Below, piece by piece: positions 19,255 to 28,800 of a stretch of 64,000 bases of DNA. Both the position numbers and the translations under genes were made by a program. Source of the DNA: Verrucomicrobiota bacterium (GTDB taxonomy: Bacteria; Verrucomicrobiota; Verrucomicrobiia; Verrucomicrobiales; Verrucomicrobiaceae); NCBI GenBank assembly GCA_009885695.1, contig VFKE01000091.1, positions 1,289 to 65,288 of the forward strand. The letters run 5' to 3'. Every line of letters begins with the position of its first letter. The stretch's first letter is position 1. The notes beneath the pieces are model-generated. The model was not told the origin of the DNA, searched no databases, and was given only the letters and a program-made list of their open reading frames with translations.

Positions 19255-19442
19255 GAGCATTTTCAAAAAGACGCAGCCGCATCTCGTAAGAGTGCGGGAA
19301 GCAGCCACGGCAGCCAACGAAGTCTGCCTATTTCCCGCGTTTTCGCCTCGCGACTGCGGGGAGAGCTTCCATTTTTCCCGCGTTCTCACGAACGCGGCTG
19401 CGAACGCGGCTGCGAACGCGGCTGCGAAATTATTTAACCCGC
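19255..19442 (+). repeat. dispersed intergenic repeat element, copy A (REP/MITE-like, hairpin modules)
   Basis: Near-identical to 24599..24774 and, inverted, to 32574..32713. It contains CCGCATCTC-GTAA-GAGTGCGG and CCGCGTTC-tcac-GAACGCGG hairpins. It also carries the 11-mer GAACGCGGCTG three times in tandem. Confidence 0.85.
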
Positions 19443-19443
19443 T

Positions 19444-19917
19444 CTAGCGGATCACGTTTGTCTGATTCGGATCGATCCTTGGCGGCTGGGGGAGCCAGTT
19501 TTTCTCGTCGTCTTCCAGTTCTGCCAATTCCTCAGCGGCAGCCGATCCGAGCGCTGCGGCCACGAGCAGTTGCGCGTCGTTGAGGAAAGTCTGTGCTGCC
19601 CCGACGAGAAAGTCCGCCTCCTCTGGGCGAATATGGAGCACGATCAGCGTGCATTCACCCCGAAAAACGGCCAGCACATGAACGTCCATGAAGGCCATCC
19701 AAAGCGATTCAACACTACGCCCGCCATTGCTCTGGAAGTGGTCGCGGGCATCGTTCAGCGTATGCACAAGTTGTTCCACACGGAAGTTCTCGTAGGGCAT
19801 CAGGCTCACGAGGATCTGCCGGCGCCAAGCCAGGCAAATCCCGTTTACCGCGCCGGCATGTTTCAGGCGCTCAAGACTGGCACGGAGGGACGGTGTGATT
19901 GCCGAGGCCATGTTCAA
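19444..19917 (-). CDS. hypothetical protein, possibly Roadblock/LC7 (MglB-like) fold
   Basis: 157-aa ORF. The pattern LERLKHAGAVNGICLAWRRQILVSL...VHVLAVFRGECTLIVLHIR weakly resembles Roadblock domains. Not verified. Confidence 0.45.
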   Translation of the reverse strand: MNMASAITPSLRASLERLKHAGAVNGICLAWRRQILVSLMPYENFRVEQLVHTLNDARDHFQSNGGRSVESLWMAFMDVHVLAVFRGECTLIVLHIRPEEADFLVGAAQTFLNDAQLLVAAALGSAAAEELAELEDDEKNWLPQPPRIDPNQTNVIR

Positions 19918-19920
19918 GGA

Positions 19921-20334
19921 TTATCCGTTGCGCTGGTGGAGGGTCACCAGCAGTTCGTTGTTGGAAACGCTGCCGCCAATCATTGCGCCCGAGGCGTTGC
20001 TCGGCTGCGTGCCTGAATCCGGCGGAAGAAGATACATAAAAGTGAAGTCGGGCTCATGCAGTGAGGCGTAGAGTGACGCTCCCATCTCCAGCCCCGCACC
20101 CACGCGATCCGCAAAATGTCGCAGCCCCTGGAAATCAGCAGCGAAGTCGTCCGCATCTTTCTGCCCGGTATCACTGATGACGAGTCCGTTTCGGATGTCA
20201 AAGAGACGGAGCTCGGTGTGGGAGGGGGGCGTATCCATGATAAAAAAATAAATCCGCTCCTTCTTCGCAAAAAAGAGATCACGAGGCAAGAACAAACCAC
20301 TGAATACTGACGAAAAACGGTTTCTACTGAGCAT
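19921..20334 (-). CDS. hypothetical small protein (alternative start at 20238, MDTPPSH...)
   Basis: ORF ends 3 nt before the next gene starts and overlaps the rarA stop by 11 nt if the long start is used. No domain recognised. Confidence 0.4.
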   Translation of the reverse strand: MLSRNRFSSVFSGLFLPRDLFFAKKERIYFFIMDTPPSHTELRLFDIRNGLVISDTGQKDADDFAADFQGLRHFADRVGAGLEMGASLYASLHEPDFTFMYLLPPDSGTQPSNASGAMIGGSVSNNELLVTLHQRNG

Positions 20335-21718
20335 CCACCTTGTTCAGGGTCTGGTCTTCTTCGAATCGCTTTCGCCAGTAGTTCAGCCGCTCCCTGACTT
20401 TGACCTCCATTCCGTTGCTGGACGGTTCATAGTATATTTTGCCTTCCGGCAAATAAGCCTGCGGAATGTAGCCTTCCCCGGAGTCGTGGGCGTATTTGTA
20501 ATCCATCTCCGCTGCCGTGGTGCCGGAGGCGGCGGCGAGCTTTTTTCGCGTCTTCGTGCGCAGATGCGGCGGGACGGCGAGCGTGCGGCCTTGTTTTACA
20601 TCGTCGAGTGCTTTGTCGATGGCGAGATAAGCGCGCTTGCTCTTGGGCGCGGTGGCGAGGTAGATCGTGGCGTGAGCGAGGGGGATTCGCGCTTCCGGCA
20701 TGCCGATGAACTCGACGGCTTGCTGGGCGGCGACGGCCACGCGGAGCGCATTGGAGTCCGCCATGCCCACGTCTTCACTCGCGGAGATGACGATGCGACG
20801 CGCGATGAAACGGATGTCCTCGCCAGCGTAGAGCATCTTGGCAAGCCAGTAGATTGCCGCGTCGGGATCCGAGCCGCGCATGGATTTGATAAACGCACTG
20901 ATGGTATCGTAGTGCGCGTCGCCATCGCCATCGTAAACGACGGTTTTTTGCTGGGCGGATTCCTCGGCCACAGCGAGATTGATCACGATATTTTCTGCTG
21001 CATCCGGCGGCGTGGTCAGCGCGGCGAGTTCGAGCGCATTGAGGCATTTGCGGGCATCGCCGTCACTGATGGTGGCCAGATGGTGCTTTGCTTCTGGTGT
21101 CAGAACGATCTGCATGGTGCCGAGCCCGCGTTCCCGGTCCGCGACCGCGGTATCCATGAGTTTTCCCAGATCATCCATGCCCAGTGGCTCCAGCGTGAAA
21201 ATTTGCGAGCGACTGACCAGCGGGCTGTTGATATAGAAATAGGGATTGTGTGTCGTGGCGCCGATGAAGCGAAGTGTGCCGCGTTCCAGATGCGGCAGCA
21301 GCACATCCTGCTGCGCCTTGTTGAAGCGGTGGATTTCGTCCACGAAGAGGATGGTGGCCTGGCTGTTCATGCGCTGAAGCTTCTCCGCGGCATCAGCTGC
21401 GGCGCGGATGTCGGCCACATTGCTCTCCACACCGCTGAGCGTGACGAAGCGCGCCTTTGTCTCGCGGGAGATGATGTGAGCCAGTGTTGTCTTGCCGACA
21501 CCGGGAGGTCCGTAAAAGATGAGCGAAGAAAAGCGGTCAGCCTCGATGGCGCGGCGCAGGAGTCGGCCGGGGCCGAGGATGTGCTCTTGCCCGGAGTATT
21601 CCGTCAGTGTTCGCGGCCTCATGCGGGCGGCGAGTGGCGCACCTGTGTTCAGGTTGCGCCCTTTGTTCGCTGGCTCCGCCTGGGTGCTGGTGTCGAAGAG
21701 TTCCTCCATCACGCCCAT
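20324..21718 (-). CDS. rarA: replication-associated recombination protein A (AAA+ ATPase RarA/MgsA)
   Basis: Walker [13 protein letters not shown], Walker [24 protein letters not shown], and the MgsA C-terminal domain ([26 protein letters not shown]). Confidence 0.9.
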   Translation of the reverse strand: MGVMEELFDTSTQAEPANKGRNLNTGAPLAARMRPRTLTEYSGQEHILGPGRLLRRAIEADRFSSLIFYGPPGVGKTTLAHIISRETKARFVTLSGVESNVADIRAAADAAEKLQRMNSQATILFVDEIHRFNKAQQDVLLPHLERGTLRFIGATTHNPYFYINSPLVSRSQIFTLEPLGMDDLGKLMDTAVADRERGLGTMQIVLTPEAKHHLATISDGDARKCLNALELAALTTPPDAAENIVINLAVAEESAQQKTVVYDGDGDAHYDTISAFIKSMRGSDPDAAIYWLAKMLYAGEDIRFIARRIVISASEDVGMADSNALRVAVAAQQAVEFIGMPEARIPLAHATIYLATAPKSKRAYLAIDKALDDVKQGRTLAVPPHLRTKTRKKLAAASGTTAAEMDYKYAHDSGEGYIPQAYLPEGKIYYEPSSNGMEVKVRERLNYWRKRFEEDQTLNKVDAQ

Positions 21719-21758
21719 GGTAGCAGACTCTGAGGAAAGGCCAAGGCATCCAAACTTC

Positions 21759-21778
21759 CCGCATTCTCACGAATGCGG
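21759..21778. repeat. solitary hairpin module of the dispersed repeat family
   Basis: CCGCATTC-tcac-GAATGCGG lies downstream of the LysM gene stop. It could double as a terminator stem. Confidence 0.5.
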
Positions 21779-21804
21779 CTACAACCTCGCCTATTGTGGA
21801 TGCT

Positions 21805-22317
21805 TTACGGGATCTTGAGCTTCTGTCCGTCGCGGATGAGATCGGACGTGAGTGCGTTCGCGCTTTTAAGTTTGCTGACGGTTGTATGATATTTTTTGGC
21901 GATGCCCCAGAGGCTGTCCTTGGATTTCACCACATGGACAGTGCCGCTGCCGGTGGACTTGGTGGTGGCTTTTTTCGAGGTGGTGGCGCTCTTCTTTTTT
22001 GTGATTTTTTTGGAGGAGACACTGGAAGCTGTGGCATTGGAGGATGACGTGCCGGACGGTTTCGGTTTTGAAGTTGACCCCGTTGGGGGGGGTGGGGCTT
22101 CCGCGTATTCCTGATAGCGTGGCGTCGTGTTCTGCCCGTCAGCTGGGTAGGGGTTGTAGCGACCGTCAGCGGGGTAACTCGCGTAGGCACTGTTGTTGCC
22201 CGATGGCGCGGCGCTATTTTTTGGGGAACTGCATGAGCTGATGATAACGCAGCCAAGGGCGACCCCGATGAGGGGGAAAAGACGGGACTGGCTGCGGAGG
22301 GACATCAACTCATTCAT
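21805..22317 (-). CDS. LysM peptidoglycan-binding domain lipoprotein
   Basis: Lipobox-like LGCVIISSCSS and a low-complexity S/T/K linker. C-terminal LysM: HVVKSKDSLWGIAKKYHTTVSKLKSANALTSDLIRDGQKLKIP. Confidence 0.8.
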   Translation of the reverse strand: MNELMSLRSQSRLFPLIGVALGCVIISSCSSPKNSAAPSGNNSAYASYPADGRYNPYPADGQNTTPRYQEYAEAPPPPTGSTSKPKPSGTSSSNATASSVSSKKITKKKSATTSKKATTKSTGSGTVHVVKSKDSLWGIAKKYHTTVSKLKSANALTSDLIRDGQKLKIP

Positions 22318-22473
22318 GGCGGAAAATCGTGGGTTAGAGCTATCGGATCAATATTTAGGTTTCCCGTAATAATGCAATTCATTTCTCGACTCGCGCAGAA
22401 TGCTCGCAACGGTCGGTTCGATAAAATCATTATGCAGTTGCGAGCGGGCTGGGCGCTCCCTAATCTGACACCC

Positions 22474-23331
22474 ATGAAAATCGGATTCAATCTGCTCCTC
22501 TACACTGGTCACGTTACATCTGAGAACTTCGCTGTCTTTTCCAGGTTGAAAGAAACGGGTTACGATGGTGTCGAGATTCCAATCTTCGACACCAGCGATC
22601 CCTCGCATTTCAAGAAGATCGGCGCGGAGATCAAGAATAACGGTCTGCAAGGCACCGCTGTCACGATCCTGCCCGACGAAGCGCATAACGCAATCTCAGC
22701 GGATGCGAAGAACCGTCAGGGTGCGATCGATCACTTGAAGCGGGTGCTGGAATGCGCGCACAACGCGGGTGTGCAGACTTTGTGCGGTCCCTATTACCAG
22801 GTTTTAGGCCAGTTCACCGGCAAGTTCCCGGGCGAGGACGAACTGAACCGCGCCGCCGAGGTGCACCGCGCCATCGCGCCGATCGCGCAGGCGGCGGGCG
22901 TGAAGTGCGCCATCGAGGCGCTGAACCGCTTCGAGGCGCACCTGCTCAACACCATGGAACAAGCCGCCTCCTACGTGAAGCGGGTGAATCACCCAAACTT
23001 CGGCACCATGTATGACACGTTCCACGCGAACATTGAGGAAAAGGATCCGGTGGGCTGCATCGACACCGTCTTCGCCACTGGCAAGCTCAATCACGTTCAC
23101 ATATCCGAGAACGACCGTGGCACACCGGGTCGCGGGCACTGTCCGATCAAGCCAGTGATCGCGAAGCTCAAAAAAATCGGCTATGACGGTTGGCTCACCA
23201 TTGAAGCCTTCGGCAGTGCACTGCCGGATCTGGCCGCTGCCACCCGGGTCTGGCGCGACTTTTTTCCCTCGCGCGAACAGGTTTATCAGGAAGGCTATGC
23301 GCTCATTCGCAAGGCATGGGATGCGGCTTGA
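22474..23331 (+). CDS. sugar phosphate isomerase/epimerase (xylose-isomerase-like TIM barrel)
   Basis: MKIGFNLLLYTG...GYDGVEIP...HVHISENDRGTPGRGH...GYDGWLTIEAF is typical of the AP_endonuc_2/TIM-barrel family. The start at 22474 is preferred over the track start at 22372. Confidence 0.75.
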   Translation: MKIGFNLLLYTGHVTSENFAVFSRLKETGYDGVEIPIFDTSDPSHFKKIGAEIKNNGLQGTAVTILPDEAHNAISADAKNRQGAIDHLKRVLECAHNAGVQTLCGPYYQVLGQFTGKFPGEDELNRAAEVHRAIAPIAQAAGVKCAIEALNRFEAHLLNTMEQAASYVKRVNHPNFGTMYDTFHANIEEKDPVGCIDTVFATGKLNHVHISENDRGTPGRGHCPIKPVIAKLKKIGYDGWLTIEAFGSALPDLAAATRVWRDFFPSREQVYQEGYALIRKAWDAA

Positions 23332-23418
23332 ATGCATGTGCCATGAATTTGACGCTTTGTATTTGAGCCACTCCATGTGCATTCCATCTTGCCCTGCCAT
23401 GCTCGCGTGTGGTAGAAA

Positions 23419-24483
23419 GTGAGCCGACTCATGCCGCAAAACATCGACAGCATCCTCGACGCCGCGGAGCAGCACCAGGCTAGCGACGTTTTCCTGCAGG
23501 AAGACGAGGTGCCGCGGCTGAAGATCAATGAACAAATTCTCGTGCTCGGAGAGGAACCTTTAACGCTCGCGCACATGACCGCGCTTTGGCAGACATGCGG
23601 GGCCAATGTGCAGGGCGATACGGACCGGGACAGCGGACTCATTTCACACACGCACACGCGCTATCGCGTAAACTTGCACCGCACCATGGGCCGTCTCGGC
23701 GCGGTGCTGCGCCGCATCAAGACCACGGTGCCTGCGTTGAACACACTGGGGGTGCCCGACTGGCTTCTGACGCGGTGGGCGCAGCGCTCGTTCGGGTTGA
23801 TCCTCATCACCGGTCCCACCGGCACGGGAAAATCCACCACCATCGCCGCGTTGCTGCAATGGATGAATGAAAATCTCGCGCGTCACATCGTGACCATCGA
23901 AGACCCGGTGGAATACGTCTTTCACAACAAGAACTCTCATTTTACTCAGCGTGAAGTGGGCCGGGACACCCCCAGTTTCGCCAGCGGACTGCGCGGCGCG
24001 ATGCGGCAGGCGCCCGATGCCATTTTTGTGGGTGAAATTCGCGACTATGACACTGCGCAGATCGCGTTGCAAGCGTCCGAGACGGGTCATCTGGTGCTGG
24101 CCACACTGCACTCCGAGCGCGTCGCGGACACGATGGAACGGTTCCTTAATCTGTTTCCCAAGGAGAGAGCCGGTTCCGGCACTCACATGCTGGCGCATCA
24201 ACTGATCGGCGTTCAGTGTCAGAAGCTGGTGCCGCGTCTGGATGGCGGACTGCACCTGCTGGTCGAGCACATCGAGAACGGCGGTGCCATGAGAGACTGG
24301 ATCAAGGCGCGCGACGTGGGGCATATTGAAGATTACCTCCGGCGCGGCGTGGATCCGAATGCGGTTTCATTCCTGACGACCGTGGTCTCCGCCTGGCAGC
24401 AGGGGCTCATCAGTGAGGAGACAGCGATTGAATCCCTGGGCAGCGAGACGGATTTCCGCCGTGCCTCAAGGGGCATTCATTGA
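23419..24483 (+). CDS. PilT/PilU-family type IV pilus retraction-type hexameric ATPase
   Basis: Walker A GPTGTGKSTT, Asp box IVTIEDPVEY, Walker B AIFVGEIRD, His box GHLVLATLHS. Confidence 0.85.
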   Translation: MSRLMPQNIDSILDAAEQHQASDVFLQEDEVPRLKINEQILVLGEEPLTLAHMTALWQTCGANVQGDTDRDSGLISHTHTRYRVNLHRTMGRLGAVLRRIKTTVPALNTLGVPDWLLTRWAQRSFGLILITGPTGTGKSTTIAALLQWMNENLARHIVTIEDPVEYVFHNKNSHFTQREVGRDTPSFASGLRGAMRQAPDAIFVGEIRDYDTAQIALQASETGHLVLATLHSERVADTMERFLNLFPKERAGSGTHMLAHQLIGVQCQKLVPRLDGGLHLLVEHIENGGAMRDWIKARDVGHIEDYLRRGVDPNAVSFLTTVVSAWQQGLISEETAIESLGSETDFRRASRGIH

Positions 24484-24598
24484 CGCATCATCAGCAGCGC
24501 GCGCAGGTCCGGCCCAGCAACTTGGGAAGAATGCCAGCACGTCATCTTCGAATCCTTTCGAAATGCCCAGAATCATTTACAGACACGAATGGCGCTTA

Positions 24599-24774
24599 GA
24601 GCATTTTTAAAAACACGTAGCCGCATATCGCAAGAGTTCGGGAAGAAGCGACGGCAGCCAACGAAGCCTGCCTCTTTCCCGCGTTTTCGCTTCGCGGCTG
24701 CGGGGAGAGCTTCCATATTTCCCGCGTTCTTACGAACGCGGCTACGAACGCGGCTATGAAATTATTTATACCGC
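24599..24774 (+). repeat. dispersed intergenic repeat element, copy B
   Basis: Aligns by eye along its length with copy A (19255..19442). It has two copies of the tandem 11-mer. Confidence 0.85.
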
Positions 24775-25092
24775 GCTGGTTAAGGCGGTGTTTCTGAGTG
24801 TATGGCGGACAACATGTCCGCCTTACGGCTTAACTAATACCATGAACAATAGAAAACAGGTCAAAAATCTGTAAGCCGTCTGTGCCAGACGGCGAAGATA
24901 TGAATCACGGAAGCACCAGGCCGTTTGACACAAACAGGTTCGGTTTTCATCTGCTCATGGTATAAGTGCCATTCTTTAGAGACACCCTGTTGTGATTTTT
25001 GGATGCAACCCCAAGCACGCCAAACACACAAACACCACGTGACCTCATTCACACTGAGGGACATGACGGGAGCGTTGTGATTCCGGTTGAAA

Positions 25093-25112
25093 CGACGGTA
25101 CTTTTACCGTCG
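25093..25112 (-). terminator. candidate terminator hairpin downstream of the lipoprotein gene
   Basis: CGACGGTA-cttt-TACCGTCG, an 8-bp stem about 55 nt past the stop at 25167. It is followed on the minus strand by TTTCAA, a weak U tract. Confidence 0.35.
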
Positions 25113-25166
25113 CGGACATTGTCCTCATGTGCCGCCACTTTGGAGCTGCAACTGAGAAATGTGGGT

Positions 25167-25868
25167 TCAACTCTTGTTGAGCAACCGCTTCACATCGTCC
25201 TCGGTATAATCCGGCTTTTCCGGCTCAAGAATCACCGGCTTCTTGTTTTTCTCCATCTCCTTGGTGCCAGCCCGGTTCTCGTGTGTCACAAAAGTTTCAC
25301 TGCCATGGGTGAACGGCTTTTTGTCATCATGATTGGCCTTGGTGTCGAAGCGGTTGTCCGGTGTCCGGAACATTCGCGCGGCCAGTTTGTTCTGTGCTTC
25401 TGCTTCGCGCGTACTCTTGACCCTGGCGAAGTCTTTTTTGTCGGCACCGGAAAAATTCTTCGCGTGATCGGCGCTGTCAGCGCCGGAGAACCTCTTCATG
25501 CCGGCCATATCCTTGGCATGAAAGGCGGAGGCATTAAATGCCCTGTCGGTCGTGCTTTTCGGAATTTCCTTCTCAAACGAACTGCGCATGGCGGAATTAC
25601 TGTTTTTCATGGCCTTCTCCGTCGCGCTCATCCGCTCCACGTAAGTCGGACCAAACTCGCCGCGCTTCGTCGCCTTTGACGACGAACACGCCGACACGCT
25701 GATGGCAATAACCGGGCCTGTCACGCACCACAATCCACACATCAACTTTGAACACAAGGAGTGACGGAACCCGCCACGCGACTTTGCAACCTGCCGTCCC
25801 GTTGGCCTGATCATACGAGGAGACAAGAATCTCGACTTTCCATGGGTTAATATCTGATGCGCGGTCAT
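25167..25868 (-). CDS. putative lipoprotein, Lys/Phe/Asp-rich
   Basis: Lipobox VIAISVSAC (possible starts at 25868, 25814 or 25742). With the 25868 start, a 4-nt ATGA overlap with the upstream TPR gene suggests translational coupling. Confidence 0.6.
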   Translation of the reverse strand: MTAHQILTHGKSRFLSPRMIRPTGRQVAKSRGGFRHSLCSKLMCGLWCVTGPVIAISVSACSSSKATKRGEFGPTYVERMSATEKAMKNSNSAMRSSFEKEIPKSTTDRAFNASAFHAKDMAGMKRFSGADSADHAKNFSGADKKDFARVKSTREAEAQNKLAARMFRTPDNRFDTKANHDDKKPFTHGSETFVTHENRAGTKEMEKNKKPVILEPEKPDYTEDDVKRLLNKS

Positions 25869-28800
25869 TTCTGTTGCTTCGTTTCCTGAGCGACCAGGTA
25901 TTTTACTTCCTCAGCCACGCCACCGGGAAGCCGGAATTTTGCCAGCTCCACCCCGATCCGGTCAAGCCTGTTCCAGCCTCGATAAAGGTCCACTAGAATC
26001 TCCGCGAGACCCCGGGTGACTCCCTGGTGCTCGCGCAGCAGCATCGTCTCGGCCTCTTCAAGCCGGTGCAACTTGATGAGATGCGCCGCGTAAGATTTCA
26101 CGAGTTCCGGAAACATTCGGGCGGTTGCGTGCAGCCGTCCCAAGGCTAGCCCGTAGAGTTCCTCGGCGAGACCCTGGCGGCCACAAGCCGCAAAGGCCTC
26201 GGCATATTCCACGCTCTCGCGGCCTCCGGGAAAGCTCATCCGCACCACCCGGGCGAAAATTTCGCGCAGTCCGATTTCGTCGTTCAGTGCTCCCAGCACG
26301 CGCACCGCCAGCGGCGAAACCGGCTCGACGAGCTGGAGCGCCAGCGCCGGTTGGGCCCGATCAAGCAACGTCTCCGCTGCGAGCCGGAGCGCGGTTCCGG
26401 TCTTCAGTTTGTCCTTCGCAAAGTGCGCCGCCGCCGCCTTGTTCGCGCGTCCCGTCGCAGCCAGCGCCAGCGTCACGCTGGCCCGCGAAGGGCTTTCGTT
26501 GAGGAGCGCAAACCATGCGTCAGCGCGTCCCGTTTGAACTTCGCTCGAAACCCAGTCGCGCAGCTCTTTCAGAGCGATTTCATCACCGGTCTCGAGCCGC
26601 AGCATTGCCGCGATGCGCGCCGCCTCCCGCCGGGGGTCCCACGAAGGCTCCCTTGACGCCAGTTTGAGCTGCTCCAGTCGCAACCGGAAACGGTCACTGT
26701 CGTCCTTGACCGACCGCTCTCCGCGGACCAGAAGACTTTGCGCATCGGTGTCGCGTTGATGCTCCGAAAGCACCCGCGAAAGCGCGATGACGAGACCCGC
26801 GTGAACCGGACACGCGGCGACGGTGCCGGGCACGGTGGTGGTGGTCGCGAGATTCATGAGTTCGCGCATCTCATTCCAGTGCCCCATTTCCGCTACCAGC
26901 CGCGCCCGCAATTCCAGTCTTTTGCGCGTGGTTTCGTTCCAGATGTTTGTCGTGGGTATTTTTCTCAGCGCGTCGAGCGCGCGTTCGCGGTTGCCCTGGG
27001 CGGCAAGGAATTGCGCGCGGTGCAGCGCCGCGACCTCGTCCTCCGGCCAGCGGCTCGAGAGCTGTTCCCAGGCGGCGAGGGCGCCCGCGCTGTCACCCTT
27101 GCGCTCCAAAAGCAGAGCGAACTCCTTCAAATACGGGACCTGCTCCGGGATGCGTCCCACCTTGACCGCGGGACCGTCGCGGAATGCAAGCTGCCGCAGC
27201 GTGTTTTCGCCATGATGCATCGCGATAAACTTCGCGTGGTCGTCGCGCATGTCCTCTAAATTGATCGTGAGCGGCTTGAAAACGGGGTCCACGTTCGGAT
27301 CGAAAATGTGTTCGAGATACGGCAGCGCCGGCGCCACATCCCAGGACACTTCGCAGGCGAGAAGGAAAATCTTGGCGTATTCCCCATTGGACGGTGCGCG
27401 TGCGGTCAGTCGCTTGTAAATTTCGATGCACTCTCTCGCATAGCCCTGGGCTTCGAGCTGATTTCCAAGATCAACCAGCATATCCACCGAGTCGTCTGAC
27501 TCGAGATGCACACGTATCATCCGCTGTCGTTCCGGAAAATCCGCCCCACGCAACCGGCGCAGGAGCGAGTGCACCCGCCAGGCGTTGAACTCGGAGTTGG
27601 TCGTTGGACCCAATGGCACGCCGCCGTGGAGTTGCGCGATGCTGGCGTCCGCGACTCCCGCCATTCCGGTCAGTCCGTTCTGGGCCAGTGCCGCGCCCCA
27701 TTCGCGCAGTTCGTCCCAGTAGCCGCGCATGTGATTAACCTCGTCGATCCGCGGTCCCGGTGCCTGCATCCCGGGAGGGATCCGACCGAGCATGGGTTCC
27801 AGAAAAGATCGTGCGGTCACGAATCCACCGTTGAAGTAGTCGGCGAGCCGTGTCGCGCCAGCTTCTTCCGCGCCGGCCAACCCGAGCACCCGGGCTTCCC
27901 GCAGCGCCTTCTGGCCAGAGGGTGTCAATTGTTGCAGGCGCCGCCAGGATTCCATCACTAAATCTTCGCGCTCGACGGGTGTGCGCGCCAAGTCCAGCAG
28001 TCCCTCCAGCCCGGTGCAAAAGGCGTCCGCGGGCTGCGGCGGCGCGGCCTCGATTGAGCGTCCCAGACGCTCGTAATACCACAACAATTCCTGCTCCGGA
28101 TCGTGTCGTATGCCGCCCGGTCCTGTGCTGGTGAATCCCTTCGGCGTAGCCGACCCCATCGGCAAGCGCCAGAGTTCTTCGAGATAACGCCGCTGATCAT
28201 CCACGCGACCAGCCGATGCGGCGATGTTCGCCAGTGAATACAGCAGCACCTCGCCCGGCTGGGACATTTGCCGCAGCGCGGCCTCGCCCAGCACCAGCGC
28301 ATCATCGTGCTTGCGACGGCCCTCGAGCTTGCGCGCCACGTCGATCAACTCCGTGCTGCTAAACAGATTTGAGGCACCCAGCGTCTCCAGATCAGTCCGG
28401 CTGAATTCAAAACCGCCGCTTTCGGCCAGCACGTTGACCACCGCAATCAGCAGATTGTTGCGCGTCCGGCGCAGTTCTTCGCGCAAGCCTTCCGAGCGCA
28501 CCCAGACGACCGCGTCCGCCATGCCGTGCGAGCGCACCAAGAACCAGAGGTAGAGAAAGCGGGCCTCCTGCGTGATCGGCGCCCCGGAATTGTCATTCGG
28601 AAAACGTTGGACAATCAGCGCGCGGAATTCCGCGCCCGCACCCGAATGGAAAAACCACCAGGCCTGTTCCATCTGGGAAAAGCCGTGCAGGTCCGGTCGC
28701 CAGCCACCGAGGCGGGCCAGTTCTTCGATGGCGCGCAGCCGCACATGGCCCGGTTCATGGGGAATTTCGGCCATTTCGTCGCGAGGCAGGCTGAAGAAAA

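Noticed and set aside
19295-19330. SRP (4.5S) RNA-like motif GGAAGCAGCCACGGCAG inside the dispersed repeat
   Set aside because: It resembles the domain IV GGAAGCAGCCAAGGCAG consensus. However, it occurs in three repeat copies, lacks the partner GGUCCGGAAGG/GNRA side and a closing helix, and SRP RNA should be single-copy.
19381-19425. Tandem GAACGCGGCTG 11-mers as a possible CRISPR or microsatellite
   Set aside because: The units are directly adjacent with no spacers, there are only 2-3 of them, and they are embedded in the repeat element. This is not a CRISPR architecture.
20486-21733. 415-aa + strand ORF opposite rarA, with similar cases at 52480..53766 (opposite tuf), 57347..58969 (opposite fdsA), 61410..62156 (opposite fdsB) and 50032..50943 / 51196..52059 (opposite ribosomal genes)
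   Set aside because: These are shadow ORFs on the strand opposite clearly identified genes, with low-complexity composition.
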